A stretch of 64,000 nucleotides of DNA from Hemiscyllium ocellatum. Lineage: Eukaryota. This document shows positions 52,520 to 64,000 of the stretch, piece after piece. The position numbers and the translations under genes are program-made. The stretch spans positions 52,567,375 through 52,631,374 of the forward strand of contig NC_083430.1 in NCBI RefSeq assembly GCF_020745735.1. The letters run 5' to 3'. The first letter of the stretch is position 1, and each line of letters starts with the position of its first letter. Under the pieces are notes generated by a model. It was not told the origin of the DNA and made no database searches. It saw nothing but the letters and a program-made list of their open reading frames with translations.

Positions 52520-53190
52520 ATAGAGTCATAGAGGTTAACAGCATGGAACAGGCACTTTGGTCCAACTTGTCTATGCTGCCCAGTTTTGACAATTAATCTA
52601 GTCCCATTTTCCTGTATTTGGTCATATCCTTCCATACCTAGCCCATCTATGTCCAAGTTCCTTAAATTATAAAATTGTATTTGTCTTCGCCACCTCTGGC
52701 AGCCTGTTCCAGACTATCACCACCCTCTGTGCGAAAAAAATTGCCTCTCTGGACCCTTTTTCATCTCTCCTCTTAAACCTATGCCCTCTAGTTTTAGACT
52801 CCCCTACCATGGGGAAAAGCTGTTAGCTATCTACCTTATCTATGCCTCTCGTGATTTTATAGACTTCCATAATGTCACATCTCAGTCTCCTACACTCCAA
52901 GGCAAAATATTCCAGCCTATCCAACCTCTCCTTATAACTTAAAACTTCCAATCCAGGTAACATCATGGTAAATCTTTTCTGCACTCTTTCTAGTTTAATA
53001 ATACCCTTCTATAATCGGGCAACCAGAACTGCATGCAGTACTCTAAATATGGCCTTACTAACATCATGTACAGCTGCAACAGACGTCCTGACTCCCACAC
53101 CCAATGCTCTGACTGTTGAAAACAAGCATACTGAAAGCCTTCTTCACCACTCTGTGTACCTGACTCCACTTTCAGAGCTATGAATCTTGT
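52520..53190 (-). mobile_element. CR1 3' fragment
   Basis: LVRPYLEYCMQFW on the minus strand; tagagtcatagag tail. Confidence 0.85.
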
Positions 53191-54953
53191 AGGTGAGAGA
53201 TAATTAAGGACAATGCCATGCAGCAATTTTAAATACTTATTTTAAAATTGCAATCAATGCATGTCAGTTAGAACAAGGGTGCTCGGTGAATGAGAATTTG
53301 TCCAAGACACAAGCAAAATATTTTGAATGATTTGGATGAGAAGGCAAACATTGATACAATTGAGTTTGGAGATAACAAAAGCTTTGTTGAAGATTTCCAC
53401 AGCAGATAGGCAGGGGTTTTGGTGAGTGATAGGTCAGAGTTGCAAGTAGATGATCTCTGAATATGGAGTTAAAATCTTGTTTCAGCTGAGGCTTTGATCA
53501 CTCTGGTTCTGCCTAAAACACTGGCTCGGAGGGAGATGGAACCGACAGCCAAGTATCAGAATTTAAGATGAAGGAAACCAAAATCAATTGGTTTGGTCTT
53601 ACAAAATACTTAATTACAGTAACGCTGCACCTGTAATCCTGACATTAAAACGCCTAGTTTAGATAGAGCACTGAGATTATCTCACACGGTATGAAGTGCA
53701 GGAAACTATTTTCTGCATTTTTTTTCATGGCTAACCAACTGTAAAAGCATAAATATGATTTGGTAAAAAATATATTAAGGCAAAAAAAAATGTATTGAAG
53801 TTCATATAATTTCCTGATACGAACAAAGTTTTCCATGATATTTTAAAAAGTCAAGTGACACCATGATCATCACATATTAAACATGGACTAGACACTAATG
53901 AAGAAATTATGTTTATTGTCGCACACGATAAATGAGTAAAGCGAGAAGTGTCAAAAGTCGCCATTTCCGGCGCCATTTTAGGTACAAAGATACCTGGGTG
54001 CAACATCTTAGGTATAAATTTTTAAAAATGAAAAAATAAAGTTAAAAGATCAGCATTATAAAAAGTTCATTTCAGTCCTAAAGTTCTAAAGCAGGGAATG
54101 CACACTCTGCTTCCTCATGGCCAAGAGTCCACTGAGTCCATAACCGGGCGTATTGAAATTATTGAATGATACTAAGTAATAATAGAAAACAAAACAGCAA
54201 GAACAATGTGATCCAAGGAGAGAAAAAAAACAAGCATCATGCAATTATGAGAAAACAAGGAAAAACAGTGGAAGCTGACAACACAGTAACAACTGCCTTT
54301 TTAAGAATTAAAAATAGGACATACATAATGTATATTGTTATTGAAAATATCACATTTGTGGGATATCTCATGCTTTGCTATCACAAATTTCAAATTTCTA
54401 TATTAATAGTTCTGCAAATGATGTTTTAAAAATAATTTATTGTTCTCGTAACAGACACTAAAAAAAGTACCCAATCCAAATCTTTCAATGGATTTTGCCC
54501 TTACAAAATTTAAAATCAGCATGAGAACAAAAATAAGTTCTGCCTGTAGTAACTCTAGAATATCAGGCTGCATTTCAGTCCCAGCTCGGTGAACATACCC
54601 ACAACAATTGCAACCGGTACTGAGCTACAAATCTTTACACAACCTTGAATACATAAAATTGCAGTATGAATTCAGCTAAAAAAAGGGAGAAATTAAAGTA
54701 TGGGAGAAAACTTTACTCATAATATATATGAAATAACTTTCAACAGCTATTTGAAAAGGAAAACTGTAAGTAAAGAGAGTAATGATCCTCCAGAAAGAGT
54801 TTAAAAGAATGAGAAGTGTTCTCATTGAAACTAATAGGATTCTTAAGGGTAAATACTGAGAGGATGCTTCCCCTCATGGGAAAATCGAGGACCAGAGGAC
54901 ATTCTCAGAATAAAAAGGGCACCAAATTAAACTAGGAGGAGGAATTTCTTCTC

Positions 54954-55608
54954 TTGTTGTGGTTCTGCTCGCCGAGCTGGAAGTTTTTGCTGCAAACGTT
55001 TCGTTCCCTGGCTAGGGAACATCATCAGGTCTGTTGGAGCCTCGTGTGAAGCGCTGCTTTGATGTTTCTTCCGGTATTTATATTGGTTTGTTCTTGCCGC
55101 TTCCGGGTGTCAGTTTCAGCTGCAGTGATTTGTATGTGGGGTCCAGGTCGATGTGTCTGTTGATGGATGTTCTTGCCGTTTCCGGGTGTCAGTTTCAGCT
55201 GTAGTGGATTGTATATGGTGTCCAGGTCAATGTGTCTGTTGATGGAGTTTGGGGATGAATGCCATTCATCCCCAAACTCCATCAACAGACACATTGACCT
55301 GGACACCATATACAAACCACTACAGCTGAAACTGACACCCGGAAACGGCAAGAACATCCATCAACAGACACATCGACCTGGACCCCACATACAAATCACT
55401 GCAGCTGAAACTGACACCCGGAAGCGGCAAGAACAAACCAATATAAATACCGGAAGAAACATCAAAGCAGCGCTTCACACGAGGCTCCAACAGACCTGAT
55501 GATGTTCCCTAGCCAGGGAACGAAACGTTTGCAGCAAAAACTTCCAGCTCGGCGAGCAGAACCACAACAACGGATACCCGAGCTACAAATCTTCAATCAG
55601 ATTTTAAA
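54954..55608. mobile_element. Young Penelope-like 3' end forming a 617-bp near-perfect palindrome (54954-55570)
   Basis: 308-bp arms, 1-nt centre at 55262, 1 mismatch seen; encodes PLE C-terminal-like HSSPNSINRHIDLDTIYKPL; TSD aatttcttctct at 54943-54954 and 55609-55620. Confidence 0.9.
55493..55532 (+). ncRNA. Hammerhead ribozyme core (stem I mismatched); mirror copy on - at ~54992-55031
   Basis: CUGAUGA-U-GUUCCCU(agcc)AGGGAAC-GAAAC-GUU. Confidence 0.6.
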
Positions 55609-55974
55609 AATTTCTTCTCTTTGGATCTCCTTGTCACAGACAGCTGTGGAGACAGAGACCTTGTGTATATTTAAGGCTGAGATAGATAGATTCTTGATCA
55701 GAAGGGGAATCAAGCAGTTCGCAAAAATGGCAGGAAAACGGCAGTGAGGAATGTTGAATCAGCCATGATCCTATTGAATGGCACAGCAGGCGCAAGGGAT
55801 TGAACAGTCTACTCCTATTTCTCAATATCTCACAAACTGTGTTTTCTCTCCCCACAGATACTGCCAGACCTGCTGAGTTTCCAGTAATTTCTGTTTTTAT
55901 TTAAGACCTTCAGCCTCAGCAGTTCCTTTTATTGTAAATTTCCCCCAGAGTCTGAGGTGGGACAGGTTGGATTA

Positions 55975-58900
55975 TTTATTACTGTCATATGCACCGAGAT
56001 ACAGTGAGGGTATTATTTTGCGTGCTATTCAGACAGATCATACCATACATAAATAATCAGATAATTTAACAGAATACAGTATTACAGCTGCAGAGAGAAA
56101 TGAATGTAAGTATTGCAGTGGTCCATTCAAAGGGCTGATAACAACAGGGAAGAAGTTATTTTTGAATCTGTTGGTACATGTTTTAAAACTTTTGTATTTT
56201 CTCTCTAACAGAAAAGGTGGAAGCAAATGTAACAAGGGTGGGACCGGTCTTTAATTATATTGGCTCCCTTCCAGATGCAGCAGCGTGTATAGATAGAGTC
56301 AATGGATGGAAGGCTGGTTTATGTAATGAACTGGGCTATGTTCACAACTCTAATTTCTTGTGGTCTTGGGGAAGAGTAGTTGCTGTACCACGTGGTGATG
56401 CAACCAGAAAGGATGCTTACTATGGCACATCTATAAAATTCAGAGTCCTTTCAGAGATGCTGAATTTCCTTAGCCTTCTGAGGAGGTCGAGGTGTTGTTG
56501 TGCCTTCAGACACAGTAAGATAGATTATTATTGATCAACACTCAGGAACGTGACACTCTCAACCATCTCCACCTGGGCTCCACTGACGCAGACAGGGGAG
56601 TATCTTCCACTCTGCTTCCTGAATTCAATGAGTAGCCCTTTCATTTTGTTAACATTGACAGACAGATTGCTGTCTTTAGACTAAGCCCTTGTTTTCCTGT
56701 ACTCTGTCTCGTTATTTGAGATCGAACCTAAAATGATCATGTCATCAGCAAACTTGTAAATGGAGGTAAAACAGAATTTGGCCACACAGTCATGAGCGTA
56801 TAAGAAGTATAGTAAGGGGCTGAGTACACAGCCTTGTGGGATACTGGTGTTGAAGATTATGAAAGAGAATCATTGCCTATCCTTTACTGATTGTGGTCTG
56901 TGGGTGAGGAAGTCGAGGATCCAATTAGAGGGAGGAACAGAGTGCTACGTCTCAGAGTTTAGACAGGAGTTTGATTGGAATTATGGTGTTGAAGGCTGGC
57001 CTGTAGTCAATAAGTCTGATATAGTTATCTAGACGTTCAAGGGGTGAGTGTAGGCCCAAGGGGGCGGCATCTGGCGTGGGCCTGTTGCGATGATAGATGA
57101 ATTGTAAAGGATCAAGGCAATCTGGGAGGCTGGAGTTGATGTGAGCCATGACTAACCTCTCAAAGCACTTCATAACTACGGATGTCAGTGTCACCGGGTG
57201 GTAGTCATTGACACATGCTGCTTCATTTTCCTTTGGCATTGGGGTGACAGTGGTCTTCTTGAAGCAGGTGGGGATTTCAGATTGTAGCAAGGAAAGGTTA
57301 AAGATGTCTGCAAATACTCCCGCAAGTTGGTCTGCACAAGATGTGAGTGCACGGCCAGGGATTCCATCGGGGCCAGTCACTTTCTGTGGGTTCACTTTTA
57401 AAAAGGCTGATCTAACGTCTGCAGCAGTGATTGTGGGTACAGGTGCACCTGAGACTATCGGTGCAGTGGACAGTGTTTCACAGATCTTCTGTTCAGAACC
57501 AGCATAAAATGCATTATGTTCATTGGAAAGGGATGTATTGCTGCTAGCAATTCTATTTGACTTTGCTTTGTAGCCTATTAAGTCATGTAGGCCTTGCCAC
57601 AAATTTGAAATGTTCATGTGGTTAGTTTGGGACTCTAGCTTAGTCTGATATTGTCTCTTGGCATCTCTGATGGCTTTACGAAGGTCATACCTTGATTTCT
57701 TGTATAGGTCAGGGTCACCAGATTTGAACGCCTCAGACCTGGACTTCAGTAGAGAGTGGATCTCCGAATTCATCCATGGTTTCTGATTGGGGAACACTCG
57801 GATTAACTTCTTTGGCACGCAGTCTTCTACACACTTACTGATGAAGTCTGTAACAGTAGTGGCATACTCATTAAGGCTGGTCGCTGAGTTCTTGAATATG
57901 GACCAGTCCACTGATTCGAAGCAGTCCTGTAAGAGCTCATCCGTCCCATCAGACCAGCACTGTACGACTTTCTGCACTGGGTCCTCACGCTTCAGTTTCT
58001 GCTTGTAAGCTGGGAGAAGGTACACAGCGGTACGGTCTGATTTTCCAAAATGTGGGCGGGGTATGGAACGGTAAGCATCTTTGATGTTTGTGTAGCAATG
58101 GTCAAGGATGTTTGGACCTTTGGTGGGACAGGAGACGTGTTGGTGGTATTTTGGTAGGACACTTTTGAGATTGGCCTGGTTGAAGTCACCAGCTATGATG
58201 AACAAGGCCTCGGGGTATTTCGTGCTAAGTCTATTTGTAACGGTGTATATTTCATGAAGTGCACTCTGCACTTCTGCATGGGGTGGGATGTAAACTGCTG
58301 TCAGGATAGCACAGGTGAACTCCCGTGGCAGGTAGTAGGGACGGCACTTCACCGTTAAATATTCCAGGTCTGGGGAGCAGTAACTCGCTAGGGTCGCCAC
58401 GTCTGAGCACCAAGAATTATTAATTAGGAGGCAGACTCCTCCGCCCCTTGCCTTGCCAGAGGACATCTTGCGGTCCATCCGGTGAACTGAGAAACCCTCA
58501 GGTTGTAAGGCACAGTCAGATATAGCAGGACTGAGCCATGTCTCTGTGAAACAGAGCACACAGCAGTCTCTCAATTCTCTTTGGTAGATGAGTCTAGCTT
58601 TAAGTTCATCTAGCTTGCTTTCAATAGCTTGGATATTTGTCAGGAATATACTGGGGAGGGGAGACTTGAAACCACGTTGTTTCAGTCTCACCTGTAGACC
58701 AGCACGTTTTCCCCGTTTCCTGGGTTGGTGGCTGCTTCTGGTCAAGTCTGTGAATTGGTGAGGGCTGTCTACCATTCCAGAAGATAAGTGAGTGCATTTG
58801 GTGGGGTCTTGGGAATTGGTCGCAGCCGCTAGTGCTCCAGGGGGCCTTGCAGTTTGTCTGGTCGGGTTTCCTCCATGTCGGGTCTCTGTGAGGTCAAGTC

Positions 58901-59390
58901 TTGTTCCCGAAGTGGTCAGGCCTCGGTATCTGTCGAGTTGGTTGGGTCTCCGACAAGCCTGTAGATGTCTGGTCCCTCGAGTCACTGTGAGGTCAGGTCT
59001 TGCTCCCGGACTGGTCAGGCTTTGGTGATGGTTCTCTATGCGGTTGAGTTGGTTCAGCCTTTGAGAAGCAGGTAAGCATCTGGTCCCTCGGGTCACTGCA
59101 AGGTCAGATGTTGTTCCCAGGCTGGTCGGGTCTGCTTTATGTGGGGTCCTCGTGAGGTCAAGTCTTGACCCTGAACTGGTTGGGCCACCTTGAATTCGGC
59201 TTTCCGTGTCGCCAGGTCTTATTCCCAGTCTGGCTGGGCCTCGATGTCTGTTCTCCACGTGGTCCAGTAATTCGGATCTTCGAGAAGCCGGTAAATGTCT
59301 AGCCCCTCCAGGCTTGCGGTAACAGTTCCAATGTTGGCTGTTGGGCTCCATCAGTCGAAGGACCTCCAGACCTAAAAGGAGATTTAACAG
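55975..59390 (-). mobile_element. Rex1/Babar-type LINE; 799-aa open frame 56952-59351 (APE and RT N-terminal half), decayed 3' RT
   Basis: RKRGKRAG, CFTETWL, GGGV, YYLPREF, AVYIPP, AGDFN, LDHCY, KPW, GPDGIPGR, LTSVVMKCFERLV, LDPLQF; catalytic SDH is SDR. Confidence 0.92.
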
Positions 59391-59634
59391 AATATTGTTA
59401 GTAATTCTGACAAACTTAGAATTGCGGTTTTAAAAGGTTGAATGACTATAACAGAAGAAAGAACAAGATGTCATCCAACTGTATGGGGAGATGGTATGTG
59501 TACACTTGTTGAAGCACCACATGGAGTCCAGACTATGATTTCTAACAAACGGCTGCCTGAAAGTGCTCCCTCTAATCCTTTCCAATGCTCAGCTAGGATT
59601 TACGAACCGATATAGAAATAATTTGGAGTATAAA

Positions 59635-59755
59635 AACTAAAAGAACTGCAGATACTGTGAATCTGAAACAAAAATAGAAATTCCTGGAAAAGCTCGGCAG
59701 CATCTGTGGAGAGAAATGAGAGTTAATGTTTCTGGTCCAGAGACCCTTTCTTTGA
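59635..59755 (-). mobile_element. Penelope-derived short repeat
   Basis: aaagaactgcagat..gcagcatctgtggagagaaa.gagagttaatgtttc. Confidence 0.6.
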
Positions 59756-60339
59756 ACACGATTGCAGTATCACTGCCCAGAAGAGCAAATGGAAAGGTGT
59801 AATCACCAGTAAGGATCAACGGCCACCTGGAGTTGCCTGTTAAGAGGCTGGCGCCCACACTGGCCCAGGGCTATGACCCACTCCAGCTCGGACACGGAGG
59901 CTGCAGGGGAGGAGGCGACGTAACCCTGAACCAAAACTTTGGCCGATATCCAACAGCAGCAGCACCTGGAGGAGCATGAGGTGAGGCACGAGAGGAGGAA
60001 GAAGAAAAATAAATAAAAACAACTTGTCACAGAGAAGAAAAATAAAATGATGGACTGCTGGACCAAAAATACTAAAGTTATTGCAGTAATATAAACACAT
60101 CCAAAATGGCGCCAGAGAATAACACGCAAAACAATATTTTTCACTGTACTTCAGTACATGTGACAATAATTAATATAATCTAGAACCTGCTGGAGACAAC
60201 TCACAGAGTCACCTCATTTCACTTTGAAGCGGGTTGAATGTATGTTTTGATTCCTGGGTCTGAGGGGAAGAGAGCCGAGTAAAACCAAGGGTTAGTTACC
60301 GCTTTCTCTCAAACACTCGGCTTTCTCTGGAGCTCTCAC

Positions 60340-60960
60340 CAAATGGCGGCCGCGCCGTCCAGCCCCATCCCCGCGCCTGCACCAACATGGCGGCAAGGAG
60401 CTGCGCCCTCATTGGTCAACGTGCCCTTGTGACGCGGCTTCTAGTGGGTTCTATGGGCGGGGTCCACATCCTCGCGCCTGCGCAGTGGTCGCGCGGCGTC
60501 GCAGCCCGCCTCTTTCTCTCGGTGCTGCCGCCGCCATGTCTCGGTACGCTCGCCCGCCCAACAGCTCTCTCTTCGTCAGGAATGTCGGCGATTGCACCAG
60601 GTGAGACAGTGTGGTGAGGATGCTAAACGAACCGAGGGCCGGACTCGGGGATTTATTTTGGTCGAGCGCGGGGTGGGGGGGAAGGGGTCTGCCTCCGCGT
60701 GAAGGCCGCGGGCCTCGGCCCCTGTCAGACAGCGCGCCAGCCTCGGGTGGTGCGGGGAGAGGGAGCCCGCGCCGACTTCGACCGGCGGGCCTCCTTGATT
60801 TCCACCACCTTCGCCGGACTCAGTAAGATTGCTGATGGCCGGGCCGGAGATCCGGGGGCAGCGTCTCACCGAGTGACTGCTTAGCCCCGGATCTTTCCCG
60901 CTTTTGGAAAAGTAACTGGGTCACGGAGGATGCTGAAGTTATTCCAGCCGTCGCTAGGGC
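60340..60960 (+). promoter_or_regulatory. CpG-island promoter of srsf10
   Basis: The only CpG-dense stretch in the window; YY1-like aaatggcggc (60341) and aacatggcggc (60384), inverted CCAAT (60411), GC box gggcgggg (60456), NRF1-like gcgcctgcgca (60474). Confidence 0.85.
60536..60600 (+). CDS. srsf10: Serine/arginine-rich splicing factor 10, exon 1 (RRM start); gene continues beyond the window
   Basis: Kozak gccgccATG; MSRYARPPNSSLFVRNVGDCT(R), compare [22 protein letters not shown]; 65 nt then cag|gtgaga. SRSF12 has a similar start; LFVRN and recalled linkage to fabp10 favour SRSF10. Confidence 0.85.
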
Positions 60961-61744
60961 TTAATGCGGTTTATATTTGCTTCAAGTAACGTGGGACAAT
61001 TTAGGCCGCGCTTTTCTGAAAGCCTCCTCGCTCCACATTTGGGTAATTACAAGTAAAAGGCAAAGAAATTGCAAACGCTTAAAACAAAGAAGAAACACTT
61101 AAAAGTGCATTCAATGTGCCCGAATAAAGGTTTTTCATATTAGGATTATAAAGCAAAATTTGACACATTCAGGGGCATTAGGATAGTTGACGAAAACTTT
61201 GACTAATGAGGTGGATTTTAAAGCATGTATATTTTTTTTTAAGAAGGAAAGGGAGAGAGAAATTCTGCAGTTTACGGGTGAGGCGTAACACTAGACATGT
61301 CCGCCAATGCTGGAGCAAAGTCAATTGGGATTAGGAAGAGGCCAGGATTGGAGAGGAGTGCAGAAATCTTGCAGAGTTGCGGAGTCGGAAGAGTTTAATG
61401 AAACGGAAGGGGGTGAATTGAACATGATGAGAATTTTTATAGTTGAGCTTATGCAGGTCATCGAATACAAGGGGGCAGGACTTGATGTCAAAGTTAAGGA
61501 CACAGCAGAATTTCAGATAGTTTAAAATTTGCAATGTAGAATGTGGGGGAAGTTCGAAAAATTGTGTATAGGTACTAAGTGAATGGATGAAGAATGCATC
61601 TTGAGATGCTTTGAAAAGTTATGATTTTTATGTTAAGCATTTGATGTTGCTCATTTAATTAAATCTGTCGTGTAATCTGAGGACTGATTTATCCATCAAA
61701 ATATTTGCAATAGATTTGAGTTTACAGTACATGTAAACATTTTT

Positions 61745-62130
61745 GGCAGAGTGTCAGAGGCTGAGGAGTGACCTTATAAACGTCTATTAAACCATAGGGC
61801 ACATGGGTAGGGTAATAGACAGTCTTTTACCTGGGCTGGGGGAGTCCAGAACTAGGGGCATAGGTTTAGGGTGAGAAGGGAAAGATTTAAAAGAAACCTT
61901 AGGGGCAGCTTTTTCATGCAAAGGATGGTGTGTGTATGGAATGAGCTGCTAGAGGAAGTGGTGGAGGCTGGTACAATTGTATTTAAAAGGCAATGGATGG
62001 TTATACAAATAAGGAAAGGTTTAGAAGGATATGGGCCAAATGGGACTAGATTAACTTAGGGCATCTGGTAGGCGTGGACGAGTTGAACTAACGGGTCTGT
62101 TTCTGTGCCGTACATCTCTTGACTCTATAT
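61745..62130 (+). mobile_element. CR1 3' fragment in srsf10 intron 1
   Basis: RGSFFMQRMVCVWNELLEEVVEAG; tctgtttctgtgccgtacatctct tail. Confidence 0.85.
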
Positions 62131-62869
62131 ACATCTATAACTCGAGCAAAAATTCCCAAGATCTCACGCTGTTGAAAAATTAAACTGATATGCTTCATGG
62201 GTTTTTAAAACTTTGCTTGGTTTGCGATACTTTTACAAAGTTCTTGAAAATAAACAATTTGTGCTCGAAGGTTTTGTCTTTTTTAGAAATTTAACGCAGT
62301 GAGTGTCAGTAAACTTGCTGAAAGTATCAGCCTATGGAAAGAGGAATGGATTTTTAGGCTTCTGATTAATGACTGGTGTTATTGATCATTACGATGGGGC
62401 TCTATCATTCAATGTTTTTTAATGTTGGGTTTTGGGTAATGTCTATTCTTTAAACACAAGTGTCTTCTGTTTATTGTCACAAAACAGAAGTATAAATCAC
62501 TAATTACTGAGTTAGTAAGAGTCTGTTAAGTCTTCCATTCCACAGAATTATTGAACTTATTTGCGCCAAAAGTTATGTGATGTTGACTTAAGTTGAAATG
62601 TTAGAAAACACATTTTTAGATGCCAAGTGTGTAAATGCATAAATTTAGTGCTGTAAAGTCTGCAAGATCGACAAATTGAATAGTTATAATTAATATGTAT
62701 TCATCTGTTTAAATAATTTCCAATGACTGAGGTTGAATTGTCTTCTCTGAATTTGTCGGAATATTCTATGTATTCACATCAAGCTAAATGTATCTGATGT
62801 CCAGTGCCACTGAACTATTTACATGTAATGTCATTTTGAAGTTGTAGAGGTCATGAGTGAGACCTCTTC

Positions 62870-63340
62870 TGGAGTATTTAGTTTAGTTCTGGTCACGCTG
62901 GTATAGGGGCAATATTATTAAATTAGGGGGTTCAGAAAAGATTTACCAGAATGTTGCCAGGAGTGGCAGGTTTGACTTATAGGCTGGGAATTTTTCACTG
63001 GAGCATAGGAGGTTGAAGGGGTGACTTTATAGAGGTTTATAAAATCATGAGGGACATAGATATGATGCAAAACAAGGTCTTTTCCCTAGGTGAGGGAATT
63101 CCAAACTATAGGACATGTTTTTAAGATGAGAAAGTTTTAAAAAGGACATGGGGGCCCATTTTTTTTTTAACAAGGTGGGCTTGTGTGTGAAATGAACTGC
63201 CAGAGGAAATTGGATGCAGGTACAGTTACAACATTTAAAGGGCATCTGAATGAGTACATTCCAAATGCAGGCAAGTGGGGCTAATTTAGTTTGAGCGTGG
63301 ACTAGTTGGATGAAGAGTCGATTTGTATGCCATATGACTG
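62870..63340 (+). mobile_element. CR1 3' fragment in srsf10 intron 1
   Basis: gttcagaaaagatttaccagaatgttgcc..gactttatagaggtttataaaatcatgagg. Confidence 0.8.
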
Positions 63341-64000
63341 ATTCGAATTGCACAAATAATTCACACGAGGCTTTTAATATTATTTTTCTTATTGAGGGTT
63401 TGTGATTTTCATTTTAGTTGTATGACTTGACTTGTTAAATTGGTATTGTCTGCCAGTCTGTTTCTGAGAGCAAACTGTTCAGCTTCAACTGCTGTGACAC
63501 AAATACTTAACTCTGTTAAGCCATTCCTGTATTTAGCTGACATTTGCACACGTGTTCTCCAGTGCAACCAGTAGTGGTGATTTGAGTTTAGCCATAGTCT
63601 GAAACATACCAGCTGCTTGCTTGCTGCCGAGCTAATGTTTATTGACTAAATGCAGATGTAAAGGTTAAACTAGCCTTTATAGTACTGCTCTGTGGCAGTT
63701 TTTGTATTGTTATTATGGGAGCTCTTTTGCGTTTGATTCAACCTGGAAACAGCATAGTACCATACTGAAATATAATGCAATAGTATTTCTACAAATAATT
63801 TCAGCCAGAAATGAATGTGTTGAATGTTGCTCCTAAAAACATAGAAATGCTTTGTAAAATAAAAATAATATTGGGTAAAATCATTTGGCATGTTCAGAGC
63901 AATTTGTACATTTATGTAATCTCTTAATAACTATTTATAATATGCGCAAGTATTATATCCCATTTCCAAAGAGCCTGACTAATGAGTGAGGAGCAATGTG

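Larger units (their letters stand above)
54790..55825 (+). mobile_element. Old CR1 3' fragment hosting the palindromic insert
   Basis: ctcattgaaac..aggaatttcttctct | ..aaggctgagatagatagattcttg..cagccatgatc. Confidence 0.75.

Noticed and set aside
55025-55499. Two nearly identical 110-aa ORFs on opposite strands
   Set aside because: Trivial consequence of the palindrome.
60387-60884. GC-rich ORFs in the CpG island
   Set aside because: Stop-poor base composition; the real coding exon is 60536-60600 in another frame.

Overview
Vertebrate genomic DNA, almost certainly from a shark or other elasmobranch. This is inferred from HE1-type V-SINEs and abundant CR1, Rex1 and Penelope-like repeats. Host genes: (1) exons 2-4 of liver-basic fatty-acid-binding protein (fabp10, + strand; 8751-8923, 9311-9400, 10876-10926; exon 1 not found in the window); (2) two tandem single-coding-exon beta-group connexins on the - strand (14588-15256 and 19908-20681), with candidate non-coding 5' exons; (3) the CpG-island promoter and first coding exon of an SRSF10-type splicing factor (60536-60600). 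Much of the rest is dead retroelements (CR1, a second LINE family with a partner SINE, Rex1/Babar, HE1 SINEs, Penelope-like elements, LTR remnants), plus one TIR element and a 42/48-bp minisatellite. Most notable: (a) both connexins have a GJB2/GJB6-like scaffold but carry an alpha/Cx43-type 'LLRTY..SILFK' TM3 motif in place of the beta 'LWWTY' oligomerisation motif; (b) their central 425 bp is almost identical while the ends diverge, suggesting gene conversion; (c) a diverged duplicated non-coding exon lies upstream of them; (d) many short fold-back Penelope-derived inserts carry hammerhead-ribozyme cores and 10-16 bp target-site duplications, including a near-perfect 617-bp palindrome. All calls were made by eye; repeat boundaries are approximate.
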